From Flavobacteriales bacterium (GTDB lineage Bacteria; Bacteroidota; Bacteroidia; NS11-12g; UBA955), in assembly GCA_947496375.1 (NCBI GenBank), contig CANMCY010000001.1, positions 70,756-134,755 of the forward strand: 64,000 bases of DNA, given 5' to 3'. A program made the position numbers and the translations under genes. Each line of letters begins with the position of its first letter. Position 1 is the stretch's first letter. The notes beneath the pieces are model-generated. The model searched no databases. It had not been told where the DNA came from and saw only the letters and a list, made by a program, of their open reading frames with translations. Below, piece by piece: positions 40,001-49,720 of this stretch.

Positions 40001-41150
40001 CGGTTCCGTAAATACCTCAAAAGTTGGTGACTATGTAATGACTTACACCGTAAGTGACGCTCAGGGTAACACTGCTACTAAGACCCGCACAGTTCAGGTA
40101 CGTGATACCAAGAAGCCAGGTATCTTTAGCGTAGGTAACCGTATCGTTAACAACACCATTGTTAAGGTTCAAATCAACAGCGTGTTTGTAGATAATGTCT
40201 ATGCTCAGGATGAGTGTAATGGTGCTATCGATGTAGTTAAGACTGCCGGCTTTAACGGCCCTGTTAATACTGCCATTCGTGCTACTTACCCCATCGTATA
40301 CACTGCTGTAGATCCTAATGGAAACACTGCCGATGAAGATGGTTTCGTAATTAACTATCAGGTGGATGATTACATTGCACCCGAAGTTTCTCTGAACACT
40401 GAGTCTGTAATTTTCCACGACGTAAATACTCCTTATGTATCTCGTAATGTTACCGTAAGTGATAACTTCTACCCGCTGAACAAAGTGAGTGTTGTTAAAA
40501 CCGGAACTGTAGATCCATATACACTGGGTACCTACACTGAAAGCTACACTGCTACCGATGAAAGCGGAAACACCACTACTGCAGTTCGTACAGTAAACGT
40601 GGTAGATCGCATTGCTCCTCAGATTCTTGCTCCTGCCATGAACGTGTGCGTAGGTACTCCTTTCTGGGCCATGAGCGGTCTGGTAATCAGCGACAACTAC
40701 TACTCACCTTCTACCCTGTCTCCTCTGGTATCAGTGTTGAACCACAACGTCAACATTTACGAAGCTGGTGTTTACTACATCAACTATACTCTTTCTGATC
40801 CTAGCGGCAACAAGGCCATGATGGTAACACGTCCTGTGTTCGTAAACTATCCTCCTAACTGTCAGAATACTTACCTGAGCACAGCTAATGTTAGTCTGGA
40901 AGATGCAGTAAGTGTGTTCCCTAACCCTACCAGCGGTAAGGTAACCCTCAGCTACATGCTTCAGAACAGCAAGCCCGTGAGCGTGGAAGTGTTCAACGTG
41001 TCAGGCAGCAAAGTTGCTTCGTTCAATAACCTGAAATCAGGTCTCGGTCACACCGAAATCAACCTGGCTCAGTATGGTAACGGAGTTTACATGATCCGCC
41101 TGAGCAACGACGGACAGACCACAACCAAGCGTGTTGTAGTTAGAAACTAA
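37080..41150 (+). CDS. Giant T9SS cargo protein, paralog 1: signal peptide, Cys-rich NSWGC module, PKD-like modules, CUB-like domain, GEVED-type module (GEYEDYGI), DUF5011-like Ig repeats, Por_Secre_tail CTD
   Basis: Start taken at ATG 37080 (MKLTITKITRALGLMGIGFLAMMPGG) rather than the TTG at 37050. CUB signature RFADANDRLRIYDAG; DUF5011 signature VEQCGTYSEPGAIATDAVDGNLT; CTD FPNPTSGKVTLSY...VYMIRL. Confidence 0.75.
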   Translation: MKLTITKITRALGLMGIGFLAMMPGGSKGQICTATNSWGCGHNYGGNIVEIKISDNGGTLASYSGLACSTTAATNNVLVNSGNPIDITAGQDLTLEITGSVDAYGWGYLTRVGIWLDYDRNNSFSAAECIASPSSGPWASIGTTAVKSTLKLPCWSATGASTMRFRGFYYYSTVNTSMGCGSQNTYGNIIDVAVNLKVGAPPVANFIVPTGPNYENTVVKFNAANPNSAYTYTWTYSGPNVTPVSTTGTVGRAIWTPPSPPATFDVNMLVSYCGIKDSISKSVTIVSPINVPTADFIAKANSVEIYYDAEMLDLSTNGAYKWSWEATSPSGSLYTSTTQNAKFFMDEIGKWDFCLTAENSKGASTKTCKTQYVECTPPSEFYIGITTLGENKKGTLYDHAGPTANYSSNRKTSIDYFKILPCGAKEIRLKFKQIRFADANDRLRIYDAGQADAGKELTPAAGITSANQATYRSSTFTAKSGAMYITFESNASGQDSGFIATWDSDLAPPVKPNPSWSTVYNPAAIGTQVEFKNTSSNVQGAPAWEWSIDGNPEAVSESYTRVFPADGTYNVCLSATTCDGADTFCKTIDIVTPTKPGSLDFTASNVRPDAGKTVDFTITSDYATNFEWNIFPTSYTVVSGSLVGTSKKLTLRFDQGGCYTFTLKGWNAAENPAGSTEKKVIKNKYVCALNYCIPLVDLLSSDIGINKVTLTKGSTTLIKNETTSGEKAYSDFSTTQKATLTFGATYTLDVARLTNSNSLNYKAWIDFNVDGDFNDAGEEIMSTGMISGLDATTTFTVPNKSASFEGNTRLRVASSYGNFTNTPCGVNTVGEYEDYGITLANDGAAPVITLIGKDTLYVERTGTSNGCWAEVATTTYTANDPTEGDMTSKVNVNSDLDCTIPGIYSIEFTLSDASGNNAVTKRRTVYVVLDRTAPTLTLNGNAVEKVEQCGTYSEPGAIATDAVDGNLTTAVIISGSVNTSKVGDYVMTYTVSDAQGNTATKTRTVQVRDTKKPGIFSVGNRIVNNTIVKVQINSVFVDNVYAQDECNGAIDVVKTAGFNGPVNTAIRATYPIVYTAVDPNGNTADEDGFVINYQVDDYIAPEVSLNTESVIFHDVNTPYVSRNVTVSDNFYPLNKVSVVKTGTVDPYTLGTYTESYTATDESGNTTTAVRTVNVVDRIAPQILAPAMNVCVGTPFWAMSGLVISDNYYSPSTLSPLVSVLNHNVNIYEAGVYYINYTLSDPSGNKAMMVTRPVFVNYPPNCQNTYLSTANVSLEDAVSVFPNPTSGKVTLSYMLQNSKPVSVEVFNVSGSKVASFNNLKSGLGHTEINLAQYGNGVYMIRLSNDGQTTTKRVVVRN

Positions 41151-41205
41151 TTAAGCGTTAGCTTATAAAATAAAAAGCCCGGCCTAGTGCCGGGCTTTTT
41201 ATTTT
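40920..41205 (+). repeat. Copy A of a 286-nt near-identical direct repeat (CTD-coding 3' end plus terminator), shared with 45323..45608
   Basis: Only three mismatches noticed (40928 T vs C, a T vs C in TTCAATAAC/TTCAACAAC, a T vs C in GTAGTTAGA/GTAGTCAGA). Confidence 0.85.
41172..41205 (+). terminator. Rho-independent terminator after paralog 1
   Basis: Stem GCCCGGC/GCCGGGC with loop CTAGT, then TTTTTATTTT. Confidence 0.85.
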
Positions 41206-41272
41206 GATAATGTAAGATTAAGTTTTTCATTACATGGTGTATTTATTCTTGTGGCACACAAAACTTTAATGT

Positions 41273-44200
41273 ATGAAAAACAAAAAATTACTTTCATTGC
41301 TCCTGGCGATAATAGCTTTGGGCATCAGTTTCACCGAACTTAAGGCGCAATGCTCTGCCAACAACTCCTGGGGTTGTAACAGTTGGTATGGTGGCTGGGT
41401 TCGCAACATCGGAATCAAGGATGCTGCCGGAGGGACACTTGCCAGCTACACAGGTTTAGGATGTCAATCTTCCAATTCCACCATTAATTCAGGCAGTGCA
41501 ATTGATTTGGTTGCAGGCCAGCAGATCACCATTGAGTTGAACACTGAGTGTTGCCATAACTGGAGCACCGGTGTAGGTATCTGGTTGGATCAGGACAGAA
41601 ATGGAGATTTTACTACCTCAGAATGTATTTTAGATCCTCAGTCATCTTTCTATTCCATTTCCAACAATGCTTCATCGCCTTCGCGAGTAACGTTAACCCT
41701 GCCTTGTTTTACCGGTTCAGGTAAAAGTTTTTTGCGTTTCCGTGCCCAGTCCCATTACAATGGCTACAGACTTTACAATTATCAAGGATGCGGTACCGCA
41801 GATTTCTACGGTAGCACCTATGATGTAGAAGTTAACCTAAAGCGCCTGCCCGATCCTGTGGCTGACTTTGGCGTGCCTACCGGACCCAATTACGAAAAGA
41901 CTACCATTAAATTTCCGGCAACTACCCAGGAAAAGGCCAATTCTTATAGCTGGACCTTTCAGGGTCCGAATGAAACCCCTGTGGTTAATAATGCTCCAAC
42001 AGGCAGAGCCAAATGGTCTCCTGCCTCACCACCCTCTACTCATGATGTAACGCTGAATGTGTCTTATTGTGGTAAAACCAGCACCAAAACCAAAAAGGTA
42101 ACTATAGTTAGACCTACAGCAGCTCCGGTTGCTGATTTTATTGCTAAAAGCAACAGTGTAGAAATTTACAATAACGCCGAGCTGATTGATTTGTCTACCA
42201 ATGGTCCTTACATCTGGGCATGGGAAGCTACTTCACCCACAGGAAATAAATATACATCTTCTCAGGAAGAACCTAAGTTTTATCTGGACGAGGAAGGTAA
42301 ATGGTCTTTCTGCCTTACCTCAGAAAATGGTCTGGGTAAATCTACTAAAGTTTGTAAAACACAATATGTTACCTGCACACCTCCTTCAGAATTCTATATG
42401 GGTCCACAGACTGAAGGACGCAGTGTTAAAGGACTTTTATATGACCATAACGGTCCATCCAGCAACTATGGTAATAATCGCAGAACCAGCATCGATTACT
42501 TTTTGATCAATCCCTGCGATGCCAAAGAAATTCGTCTTAAATTCAAAAGCTTGCGTTTTTGTGATTATCAGGACAGACTTCGTATCTATGACGGTGACCA
42601 AGCCGATCCTGCAAAACTGCTGACCGGCCCAGAGGGTATTAACGGTAATACCTGGTGGAATGACCGCACTAAAACCTATGTGGCCAAATCCGGAAAGATG
42701 TATCTATCTTTTGAAAGCGATAACAATGGCTGTACTGACTCAGGCTGGATTGCCACTTGGGAAACCGATCAGTTTAAGCCGGTTCAAACCATCGCATCTT
42801 ATACCACCAATTACGACACCATCGCAGAAGGTGTAAACCTGGCCATGTTGAACAAAACATTGATAACAGGAACACCAAAATGGTCATGGAGAGTAAATGG
42901 TTCTGAAGAATCCATCTCAAAAGATTTTACCCGTGCATTCAACACGGCTGGTGTTCAGCGTGTTTGTCTGGCTGCCACCAACTGCAGCACTACCGATACC
43001 TTCTGCAAGAATATCCGCGTAGTAACTCCGGTGAGCTCAATGAACAAAATTGACTTCATTACCGACAAAACCCGCAGCGTGCCCGGCGAGAATGTAACGT
43101 TAACCGCCGAGACCAACTACGCAAATAATCTTACCTGGACTATCACGCCCAATACCTATACGTTGGTATCAGGCAGTCTTACGGGTAATTCATCTCAACT
43201 ATTGGTTAGGTTCACTGCCGGTGGTTGTTACACAGTAGAACTGAAGGGGTACAACACTGCCTTAGGTTCTGGTACCACCCGCACCGTTACCAAGAAAGAC
43301 ATTATTTGTGCTATTGACTATTGCACCCCTGTGGTAGATTTGACCAATAGTGATGTGGGAATCAACATGGTTCAGCTATCTTCAAAAGGCAACAACCTGA
43401 TAAACAGAATCAGCAACAGCGGTGTGTCATACACCAATTACGCAGCAACAGACAATGCCACCCTATATTATGGCTCTACTTACAAAGTTAAGGTGGGTAG
43501 AAATACCAACCTGAATCCAATCAACTACAAGGTATGGATTGACTACAACTTTGACGGTGATTTCAATGACAGTGGAGAAACTGTGATGAACAGCGGACGC
43601 ATCAATGGTGTGATTGACAGTGCCTCATTCAAAGTCCCCATGCACACAAATGCGTACCTGGGAAATACCCGCATGCGTGTTGGTGCAAGCTATGGCGCTA
43701 TGTCTAACACACCCTGCGGACTGAACGTGGTAGGTGAGTTTGAAGATTATAGCGTGACATTGACACGGGATAATTCTCAGCCGGTAATCACGCTTACAGG
43801 TTTGGATACGATGTACATAGAGAAAACAGTAGGCGCTACTGCTTGCTGGTCTGAAATCAAGAAAACCACCTACATGGGCGATGATGCCGATCAGGGTGAC
43901 TTGACAGACAGCGTTAAAGTGACCGGTACTTACGATTGCAGCACACCCGGTACTTACAAGCTTACTTTCAATTTGACAGACGCTTCCGGCAATAAGGCCA
44001 TGACCAAAAACCGCGTTCTGATTGTAGAAAACGACCGTACTGCCCCGACCATTGCCCTGCGTGGTAACTCAGTAGAAATGGTAGAACAGTGCGGAATCTT
44101 CTATGATTCAACTGCTACAGCTTATGATATCACCGATGGAAATCTGACCGATTCAGTGAAAGTTTCTGGCAGCGTAAATACCAAAAATATCGGTGATTAT

Positions 44201-45553
44201 GTATTGACTTATACCGTAAAAGATAAAGTAGGTTTGAGTGCTACTGTTACCCGTCTGGTGAAAGTGCGCGATACCAAAGCACCCGGTATTTACCTCGGCA
44301 GCACCCGTATCGTTGATAGCCAGATTGTGAATGTGCAGATTGGCAGCTTCTTCAATGATTACGTGTATGCTTCTGATGAATGTAACGGCTTCACTGCAAT
44401 CCAGAAAATGCCCGGTGCCAAAGGATATGTAAATCCTATGGTGAAAGGTACTTACCCGACTCAGTATTTTGCTACGGATGTAAACGGAAACGTATCTACA
44501 GAGAATGGTTATACTGTTCTTTATAAGGTGGATGACTACATTGCACCTGAGATTAGTCTGAATACGGAAGACACCATAATGCATGATGTAAAAACGCCTT
44601 ACAGTTCTGTAGCGGTTACCATCACTGAGAACTATACAGCGCAGAGCAAGTTGATTACCAGCAAGGTATCCAATGTAAATGCCAATGTGGTAGGTGTGTA
44701 TACTGAAGTGTATACAGCTGAAGACGAAAGCGGCAACAAAGCAACCAAAACCCGCGTGGTAAAGGTGGTGGACCGTTTCGCTCCCGAATTGTTGTTGAAT
44801 TCAGATGCTTACATGATTCATGATGTTAACACAAACTATGTTTCACGTAACGTATCGGTGAGTGACAATTACAGCCCTGTAAGCAAGATTACCGTAGTGA
44901 AAACAGGTACTGTAAATGCTACCGTTCTTGGCACTTACACTGAGACATACACTGCTACCGATGAAAACGGCAACAGCACAACCAAAGTTCGCACTGTGGA
45001 AGTGGTTGACCGTGTTTCTCCCCAGATTCTGGCACCTGCAGTGAATGTATGTATCGGTACTCCTTTCTGGGCAATGAGTGGCCTTACCATCACAGATAAC
45101 TATTATTCTGCTTCTGTATTAGCTCCTTTGGTGACGATCCTGGGTCAAAACATCAATATCTGGGAAGCCGGTGTGTACCATGTTGATTACAGCCTGACTG
45201 ACCCGAGCGGAAACAAGGCCGTGCTGGTAACCCGCCCAGTGTATGTGAATTATCCTCCAAATTGCCAGAACACATTCCTGAACACACAAGACATGGATCT
45301 GGACAAAGCGGTGAGCATTTCGCCTAACCCCACCAGCGGTAAGGTAACCCTCAGCTACATGCTTCAGAACAGCAAGCCCGTGAGCGTGGAAGTGTTCAAC
45401 GTGTCAGGCAGCAAAGTTGCTTCGTTCAACAACCTGAAATCAGGTCTCGGTCACACCGAAATCAACCTGGCTCAGTATGGTAACGGAGTTTACATGATCC
45501 GCCTGAGCAACGACGGACAGACCACAACCAAGCGTGTTGTAGTCAGAAACTAA
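41273..45553 (+). CDS. Giant T9SS cargo protein, paralog 2 (1426 aa; same architecture, one extra DUF5011-like repeat)
   Basis: QCSANNSWGC N-terminal module; CUB motif FCDYQDRLRIYDGD; GEFEDYSV; CTD identical to paralog 1. Confidence 0.8.
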   Translation: MKNKKLLSLLLAIIALGISFTELKAQCSANNSWGCNSWYGGWVRNIGIKDAAGGTLASYTGLGCQSSNSTINSGSAIDLVAGQQITIELNTECCHNWSTGVGIWLDQDRNGDFTTSECILDPQSSFYSISNNASSPSRVTLTLPCFTGSGKSFLRFRAQSHYNGYRLYNYQGCGTADFYGSTYDVEVNLKRLPDPVADFGVPTGPNYEKTTIKFPATTQEKANSYSWTFQGPNETPVVNNAPTGRAKWSPASPPSTHDVTLNVSYCGKTSTKTKKVTIVRPTAAPVADFIAKSNSVEIYNNAELIDLSTNGPYIWAWEATSPTGNKYTSSQEEPKFYLDEEGKWSFCLTSENGLGKSTKVCKTQYVTCTPPSEFYMGPQTEGRSVKGLLYDHNGPSSNYGNNRRTSIDYFLINPCDAKEIRLKFKSLRFCDYQDRLRIYDGDQADPAKLLTGPEGINGNTWWNDRTKTYVAKSGKMYLSFESDNNGCTDSGWIATWETDQFKPVQTIASYTTNYDTIAEGVNLAMLNKTLITGTPKWSWRVNGSEESISKDFTRAFNTAGVQRVCLAATNCSTTDTFCKNIRVVTPVSSMNKIDFITDKTRSVPGENVTLTAETNYANNLTWTITPNTYTLVSGSLTGNSSQLLVRFTAGGCYTVELKGYNTALGSGTTRTVTKKDIICAIDYCTPVVDLTNSDVGINMVQLSSKGNNLINRISNSGVSYTNYAATDNATLYYGSTYKVKVGRNTNLNPINYKVWIDYNFDGDFNDSGETVMNSGRINGVIDSASFKVPMHTNAYLGNTRMRVGASYGAMSNTPCGLNVVGEFEDYSVTLTRDNSQPVITLTGLDTMYIEKTVGATACWSEIKKTTYMGDDADQGDLTDSVKVTGTYDCSTPGTYKLTFNLTDASGNKAMTKNRVLIVENDRTAPTIALRGNSVEMVEQCGIFYDSTATAYDITDGNLTDSVKVSGSVNTKNIGDYVLTYTVKDKVGLSATVTRLVKVRDTKAPGIYLGSTRIVDSQIVNVQIGSFFNDYVYASDECNGFTAIQKMPGAKGYVNPMVKGTYPTQYFATDVNGNVSTENGYTVLYKVDDYIAPEISLNTEDTIMHDVKTPYSSVAVTITENYTAQSKLITSKVSNVNANVVGVYTEVYTAEDESGNKATKTRVVKVVDRFAPELLLNSDAYMIHDVNTNYVSRNVSVSDNYSPVSKITVVKTGTVNATVLGTYTETYTATDENGNSTTKVRTVEVVDRVSPQILAPAVNVCIGTPFWAMSGLTITDNYYSASVLAPLVTILGQNINIWEAGVYHVDYSLTDPSGNKAVLVTRPVYVNYPPNCQNTFLNTQDMDLDKAVSISPNPTSGKVTLSYMLQNSKPVSVEVFNVSGSKVASFNNLKSGLGHTEINLAQYGNGVYMIRLSNDGQTTTKRVVVRN

Positions 45554-45608
45554 TTAAGCGTTAGCTTATAAAATAAAAAGCCCGGCCTAGTGCCGGGCTT
45601 TTTATTTT
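45323..45608 (+). repeat. Copy B of the 286-nt near-identical direct repeat
   Basis: See copy A. Confidence 0.85.
45575..45608 (+). terminator. Rho-independent terminator after paralog 2 (same hairpin as after paralog 1)
   Basis: GCCCGGC-CTAGT-GCCGGGC, then a T-tract. Confidence 0.85.
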
Positions 45609-45675
45609 ATACACATTTAATGTTACATTTATTTTTTTTATAAATATTGTCATTATTATTGAAAATATTTCAATT

Positions 45676-48600
45676 ATGAAAATAAAAATACTACTTAAGT
45701 TTATTGCTTGGGCGGCATTTATCGGTTTTAATTTACCGGATGCCCATGCTCAGTGTTCTGCCAGCAACTCCTGGGGTTGTGGCGGATGGTACGGGGGTGA
45801 CTTGCAGTCCATTGTGGTGAAAGACGCTGCCGGTGGAACACTGGCCAGCTACACCGGTTTAGGATGTGCCTCATCCAATAGAACTTTAAATACAGGTAAA
45901 CCAATAGATTTGGTTGCAGGCCAGCAAATTACCATTGAAGTTGCAAATAGTGGTGGAAACTGGTCTACCGGCGTAGGTATCTGGCTGGATCAAAATTTTG
46001 ATGGTTCTTTCTCAACCTCAGAGTGTATTTTAAGTCCTACCAGTACTTTTTACACTACCTCCAGTAATCCATCTGCACCTTCCAGGGTAACCATTACCCT
46101 GCCTTGCTGGTCCGGAAGTGGCAAGAGCTGGCTTCGTCTTAGAAGCTTGTCTCACTACACCTATGGCTTAGGCACAGGATCAGGATGTGGTACTGTAACA
46201 GGGTATGGATCTATCAATGATATTGAGGTAAATATGAAGCGTTTACCCAATCCAACTTCAGATTTTAACGTGCCCCGTGGTCCAAACTATGAAAGGACTA
46301 CCATTAAGTTTCCTGCCAGCAGTCAAGATCCTGCTTACACCTATAGCTGGACATTTGCCGGACCTAATGTTACGGTAGTAAATAACGCTTCTTCAATAGG
46401 CCAAGCGAAATGGTCTCCGGTATCACCTCCGAGCACGCATGATGTAACACTGAATGTATCGTATTGTGGTGTATCGGCCACCAAAACCAAACAGATAACG
46501 ATAGAGCAGCCAAAGGCAGCCCCTGTGGCAGATTTCATCGCCAAGAAGAACAGTGTAGAGATCTATAACAATGCAGAACTGGTGGATTTGTCTACCAATG
46601 GGCCTTACAGCTGGGTATGGGAAGCAGTTTCCCCTGCCGGAAATCTGTATACATCAGGGCAGCAGAACCCATTGTTTTTCCTCGATGAGGTGGGTAAATG
46701 GAATTTCTGTCTGACCTCACAAAACGGACTTGGCGTATCTACTAAGGTTTGTAAAAACCAGTATGTGGAATGTACGCCCCCTACAGAATATTACATGGGA
46801 CCGCAGACAGTAGGTGAAAGTTCAATAGGTATGCTGTATGACCATGCAGGTCCGTCACAGAACTATACCAATAACAGACGAAACAGCATTGACTATTTCT
46901 TGATAAAGCCCTGCGATGCGAAAGAGATTAGATTGAAATTTAAGAGTCTGCGTTTTTGCGATAACGGCGATATCTTGAGAATATACGATTCTGAGTTTGC
47001 CGATCCTGCCAAACAGTTAACCCCTTCAACGGGCATCAACGGCAGCAATTGGAATTTCTATAGAACACAGACATTCAAGGCCACCAGCGGCAGGATGTAC
47101 CTGACTTTTGAAAGTAATTCATCATGTGTAGATTCGGGCTTCATTGCGCTATGGGAATCAGACCGTGCTAAACCAATTCCTACACTTAGTTCATTTACCA
47201 ATAAGTACGATACAATTGCAGAGGGAGTAAATTTGACTTTTATTAACAAAACCATTATCACGGGTACGCCCAACTGGTCATGGCGCGTCAATAATACCGA
47301 GGAGTCAACTTCCAAAGAGTTTTCGCGTACGTTTACTGCATCGGGAGCTCAGAAAGTATGTCTGGTTGCCGGCAATTGCAGCAGTTCAGATACATTCTGT
47401 AAAACCATTCGTGTGGTACCGCCTTCATCTTCCATGGCGAAGCTGGATTTTGTTTCAGACAAGGTACGTGTAATTCCCAATGAAACGGTTACCTTAACGG
47501 CGGAGACCAACTTTGCCGATAACCTGGAATGGGTAATCACTCCGAACTCTTATACTTTGGTATCAGGCAATTTGATAGGCAACAGTTCACAGATACAGTT
47601 CAAGCCCACATCGGGTGGATGTTTTACTGTGGAGTTGAAAGGATATAACAGTTTGCTTGGATTTGGTACGGCAAAAACCGTAATCAAAAAAGAGATAGTG
47701 TGTGCAGTTGATTATTGCACGCCTGTGGTAGATCTGACCAATTCAGATGTTGGAATAAACATTGTAGAACTGCTTGAACAGGATACCTTCCGGATCAATA
47801 AGACGAGCGGAAGCGGTGTGTCATACAGCAACTTTATGAGCACGGACAAAGCATCCTTGAACTTTGGCGCGAGCTACAAGGTTAAAGTGGGTCGTTTTAC
47901 CAACATCAACCCGATCAATTACAAGGTATGGATAGATTTTAATATTGATGGAGACTTCGATGATGCGGGAGAAACGGTATTAACCTCGGGTAAAATCAGT
48001 GGATTTACGGACAGTGCTACGTTCCGGGTTCCGCCTTTTGCCCGCGCATTTGAAGGTCTGACCCGCATGCGTGTGGGTGCCAGCTATGGATCGCTGGATA
48101 ACTATCCTTGCGGAGTGAATGTTGTGGGTGAATTTGAGGATTATGGAATTACACTGCTTCGGGATAACTCCAAACCAGAAATTACATTGCTGGGTGGAGA
48201 TACCATCTACGTAGAAAAGATCGGTACAGCAGGTGGCTGCTGGGCTGAAGCTAAGAAAACGACTTACATGGGCGAAGACGGCCATGAGGGCGATTTGACG
48301 GACAGTGTAAAGATTAGCGGAACATTCAATTGCAGTGTGGCCGGAACCTATAAACTGGAGTTCAACCTCACCGATGCATCGGGCAACCAGGCAGATAAAA
48401 AGACGCGCTTACTGATTGTAGAAAATGACCGTACCCGTCCGTCCATCACGCTTCGTGGAAAGGCGCTGGAAAATATTGAGCAGTGCGGAACATTCTATGA
48501 TTCATTGGCCACTGCATTCGATAAGACAGACGGAAACCTAACCGATTCAATCAAAGTGATTGGCAGTGTGAATACCAATGTGATTGGGGATTATGTATTG

Positions 48601-49698
48601 ACCTATACGGTAAAAGATAAAGCCGGATTGACAGCGTCAGTTAAAAGAACAATCAAGGTTCGCGATACCAAAGGTCCCGGTATATTTATCGGAGGCAGCC
48701 GTATACTCGATAGTCAGGTGGTACAGGTGCAGATAGGAACCATCTTCACCGATTATGTATATGCCGAAGACGATTGCAACGGGTATACAGAGATTCGTAA
48801 AATGCCGGGAGCTAAGGGGACTGTGAACGCTACCGCGAAGGGATCGTACCCAACACGCTATTTTGCTACCGATATTAATGGAAATGTATCACCGGAGAAT
48901 GGATACACGCTGATATACAAGGTTGATGACTTTGTAGCCCCTGAGATAGAGCTGAATACACAGGATACAATCTATCATGATGTGAAGACCGATTACGTTT
49001 CACGCAGCGTAACCATCCGCGAGAATTACTCATCACCTCTGTTGGTGAAGACTACCAAGAGCAGCAATGTGAATGAGAATGTTTTGGGTGTGTATCAGGA
49101 GGTGTTCACGGCAGAGGATGAGAGCGGCAATAAGGCCATCAGAACCCGTGTGGTGAAGGTAGTGGACCGCACAGCCCCGGATTTGCTGGGCGGCAACATC
49201 ACAACCTGCGTGGGTGACCCCTTCTGGGCGATGAGCGGCCTTCACGTTATCGATAACTACTACGACTCAGCCGCGCTGATGCCCAGGGTGAAAGTGGTAA
49301 GCCACAACGTGAATATCTGGGTGAAGGGAATCTACTTCATTAATTATTCACTGACAGACCCAAGCGGTAACGCTTCCAAAATGATTAGCCGTGACGTGCA
49401 CGTGTTGCCTCAGGGAGAATGCTCCAGCACTTATTCAGGAGTTAGTAATTTAACCGCTGACGGAATCCGGGTATACCCCAATCCTACTGCTGGTTCGGTA
49501 CAGATAGATGCCGGTAAACTGCAAAGCAGCATAACTGCTGTGGAAGTGTGGGACAACAGTGGTCGCATGCTGCACAGTGTGAAATCTACAGGAAATATAA
49601 CCACCTTGCAGCTGAATGCATACGCAGCGGGTGTATATACCCTGAAAATTAAGACTGCAGACCGCACTTGGGTTAAACCGATCATATTGAATAAATAA
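45676..49698 (+). CDS. Giant T9SS cargo protein, paralog 3 (1340 aa; same architecture, distinct CTD)
   Basis: QCSASNSWGC; CUB motif FCDNGDILRIYDSE; GEFEDYGI; CTD RVYPNPTAGSVQID...VYTLKI. Confidence 0.8.
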   Translation: MKIKILLKFIAWAAFIGFNLPDAHAQCSASNSWGCGGWYGGDLQSIVVKDAAGGTLASYTGLGCASSNRTLNTGKPIDLVAGQQITIEVANSGGNWSTGVGIWLDQNFDGSFSTSECILSPTSTFYTTSSNPSAPSRVTITLPCWSGSGKSWLRLRSLSHYTYGLGTGSGCGTVTGYGSINDIEVNMKRLPNPTSDFNVPRGPNYERTTIKFPASSQDPAYTYSWTFAGPNVTVVNNASSIGQAKWSPVSPPSTHDVTLNVSYCGVSATKTKQITIEQPKAAPVADFIAKKNSVEIYNNAELVDLSTNGPYSWVWEAVSPAGNLYTSGQQNPLFFLDEVGKWNFCLTSQNGLGVSTKVCKNQYVECTPPTEYYMGPQTVGESSIGMLYDHAGPSQNYTNNRRNSIDYFLIKPCDAKEIRLKFKSLRFCDNGDILRIYDSEFADPAKQLTPSTGINGSNWNFYRTQTFKATSGRMYLTFESNSSCVDSGFIALWESDRAKPIPTLSSFTNKYDTIAEGVNLTFINKTIITGTPNWSWRVNNTEESTSKEFSRTFTASGAQKVCLVAGNCSSSDTFCKTIRVVPPSSSMAKLDFVSDKVRVIPNETVTLTAETNFADNLEWVITPNSYTLVSGNLIGNSSQIQFKPTSGGCFTVELKGYNSLLGFGTAKTVIKKEIVCAVDYCTPVVDLTNSDVGINIVELLEQDTFRINKTSGSGVSYSNFMSTDKASLNFGASYKVKVGRFTNINPINYKVWIDFNIDGDFDDAGETVLTSGKISGFTDSATFRVPPFARAFEGLTRMRVGASYGSLDNYPCGVNVVGEFEDYGITLLRDNSKPEITLLGGDTIYVEKIGTAGGCWAEAKKTTYMGEDGHEGDLTDSVKISGTFNCSVAGTYKLEFNLTDASGNQADKKTRLLIVENDRTRPSITLRGKALENIEQCGTFYDSLATAFDKTDGNLTDSIKVIGSVNTNVIGDYVLTYTVKDKAGLTASVKRTIKVRDTKGPGIFIGGSRILDSQVVQVQIGTIFTDYVYAEDDCNGYTEIRKMPGAKGTVNATAKGSYPTRYFATDINGNVSPENGYTLIYKVDDFVAPEIELNTQDTIYHDVKTDYVSRSVTIRENYSSPLLVKTTKSSNVNENVLGVYQEVFTAEDESGNKAIRTRVVKVVDRTAPDLLGGNITTCVGDPFWAMSGLHVIDNYYDSAALMPRVKVVSHNVNIWVKGIYFINYSLTDPSGNASKMISRDVHVLPQGECSSTYSGVSNLTADGIRVYPNPTAGSVQIDAGKLQSSITAVEVWDNSGRMLHSVKSTGNITTLQLNAYAAGVYTLKIKTADRTWVKPIILNK

Positions 49699-49720
49699 TT
49701 GATTGCACCATAGGCAAAAG

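Noticed and set aside
40017-40418. Minus-strand ORFs inside the giant genes (also 44153..44584, 46341..46544, 47058..47315, 47980..48285, 49033..49245)
   Set aside because: They are antisense to well-supported large CDSs with repetitive Thr/Val/Asn codons; typical shadow ORFs.
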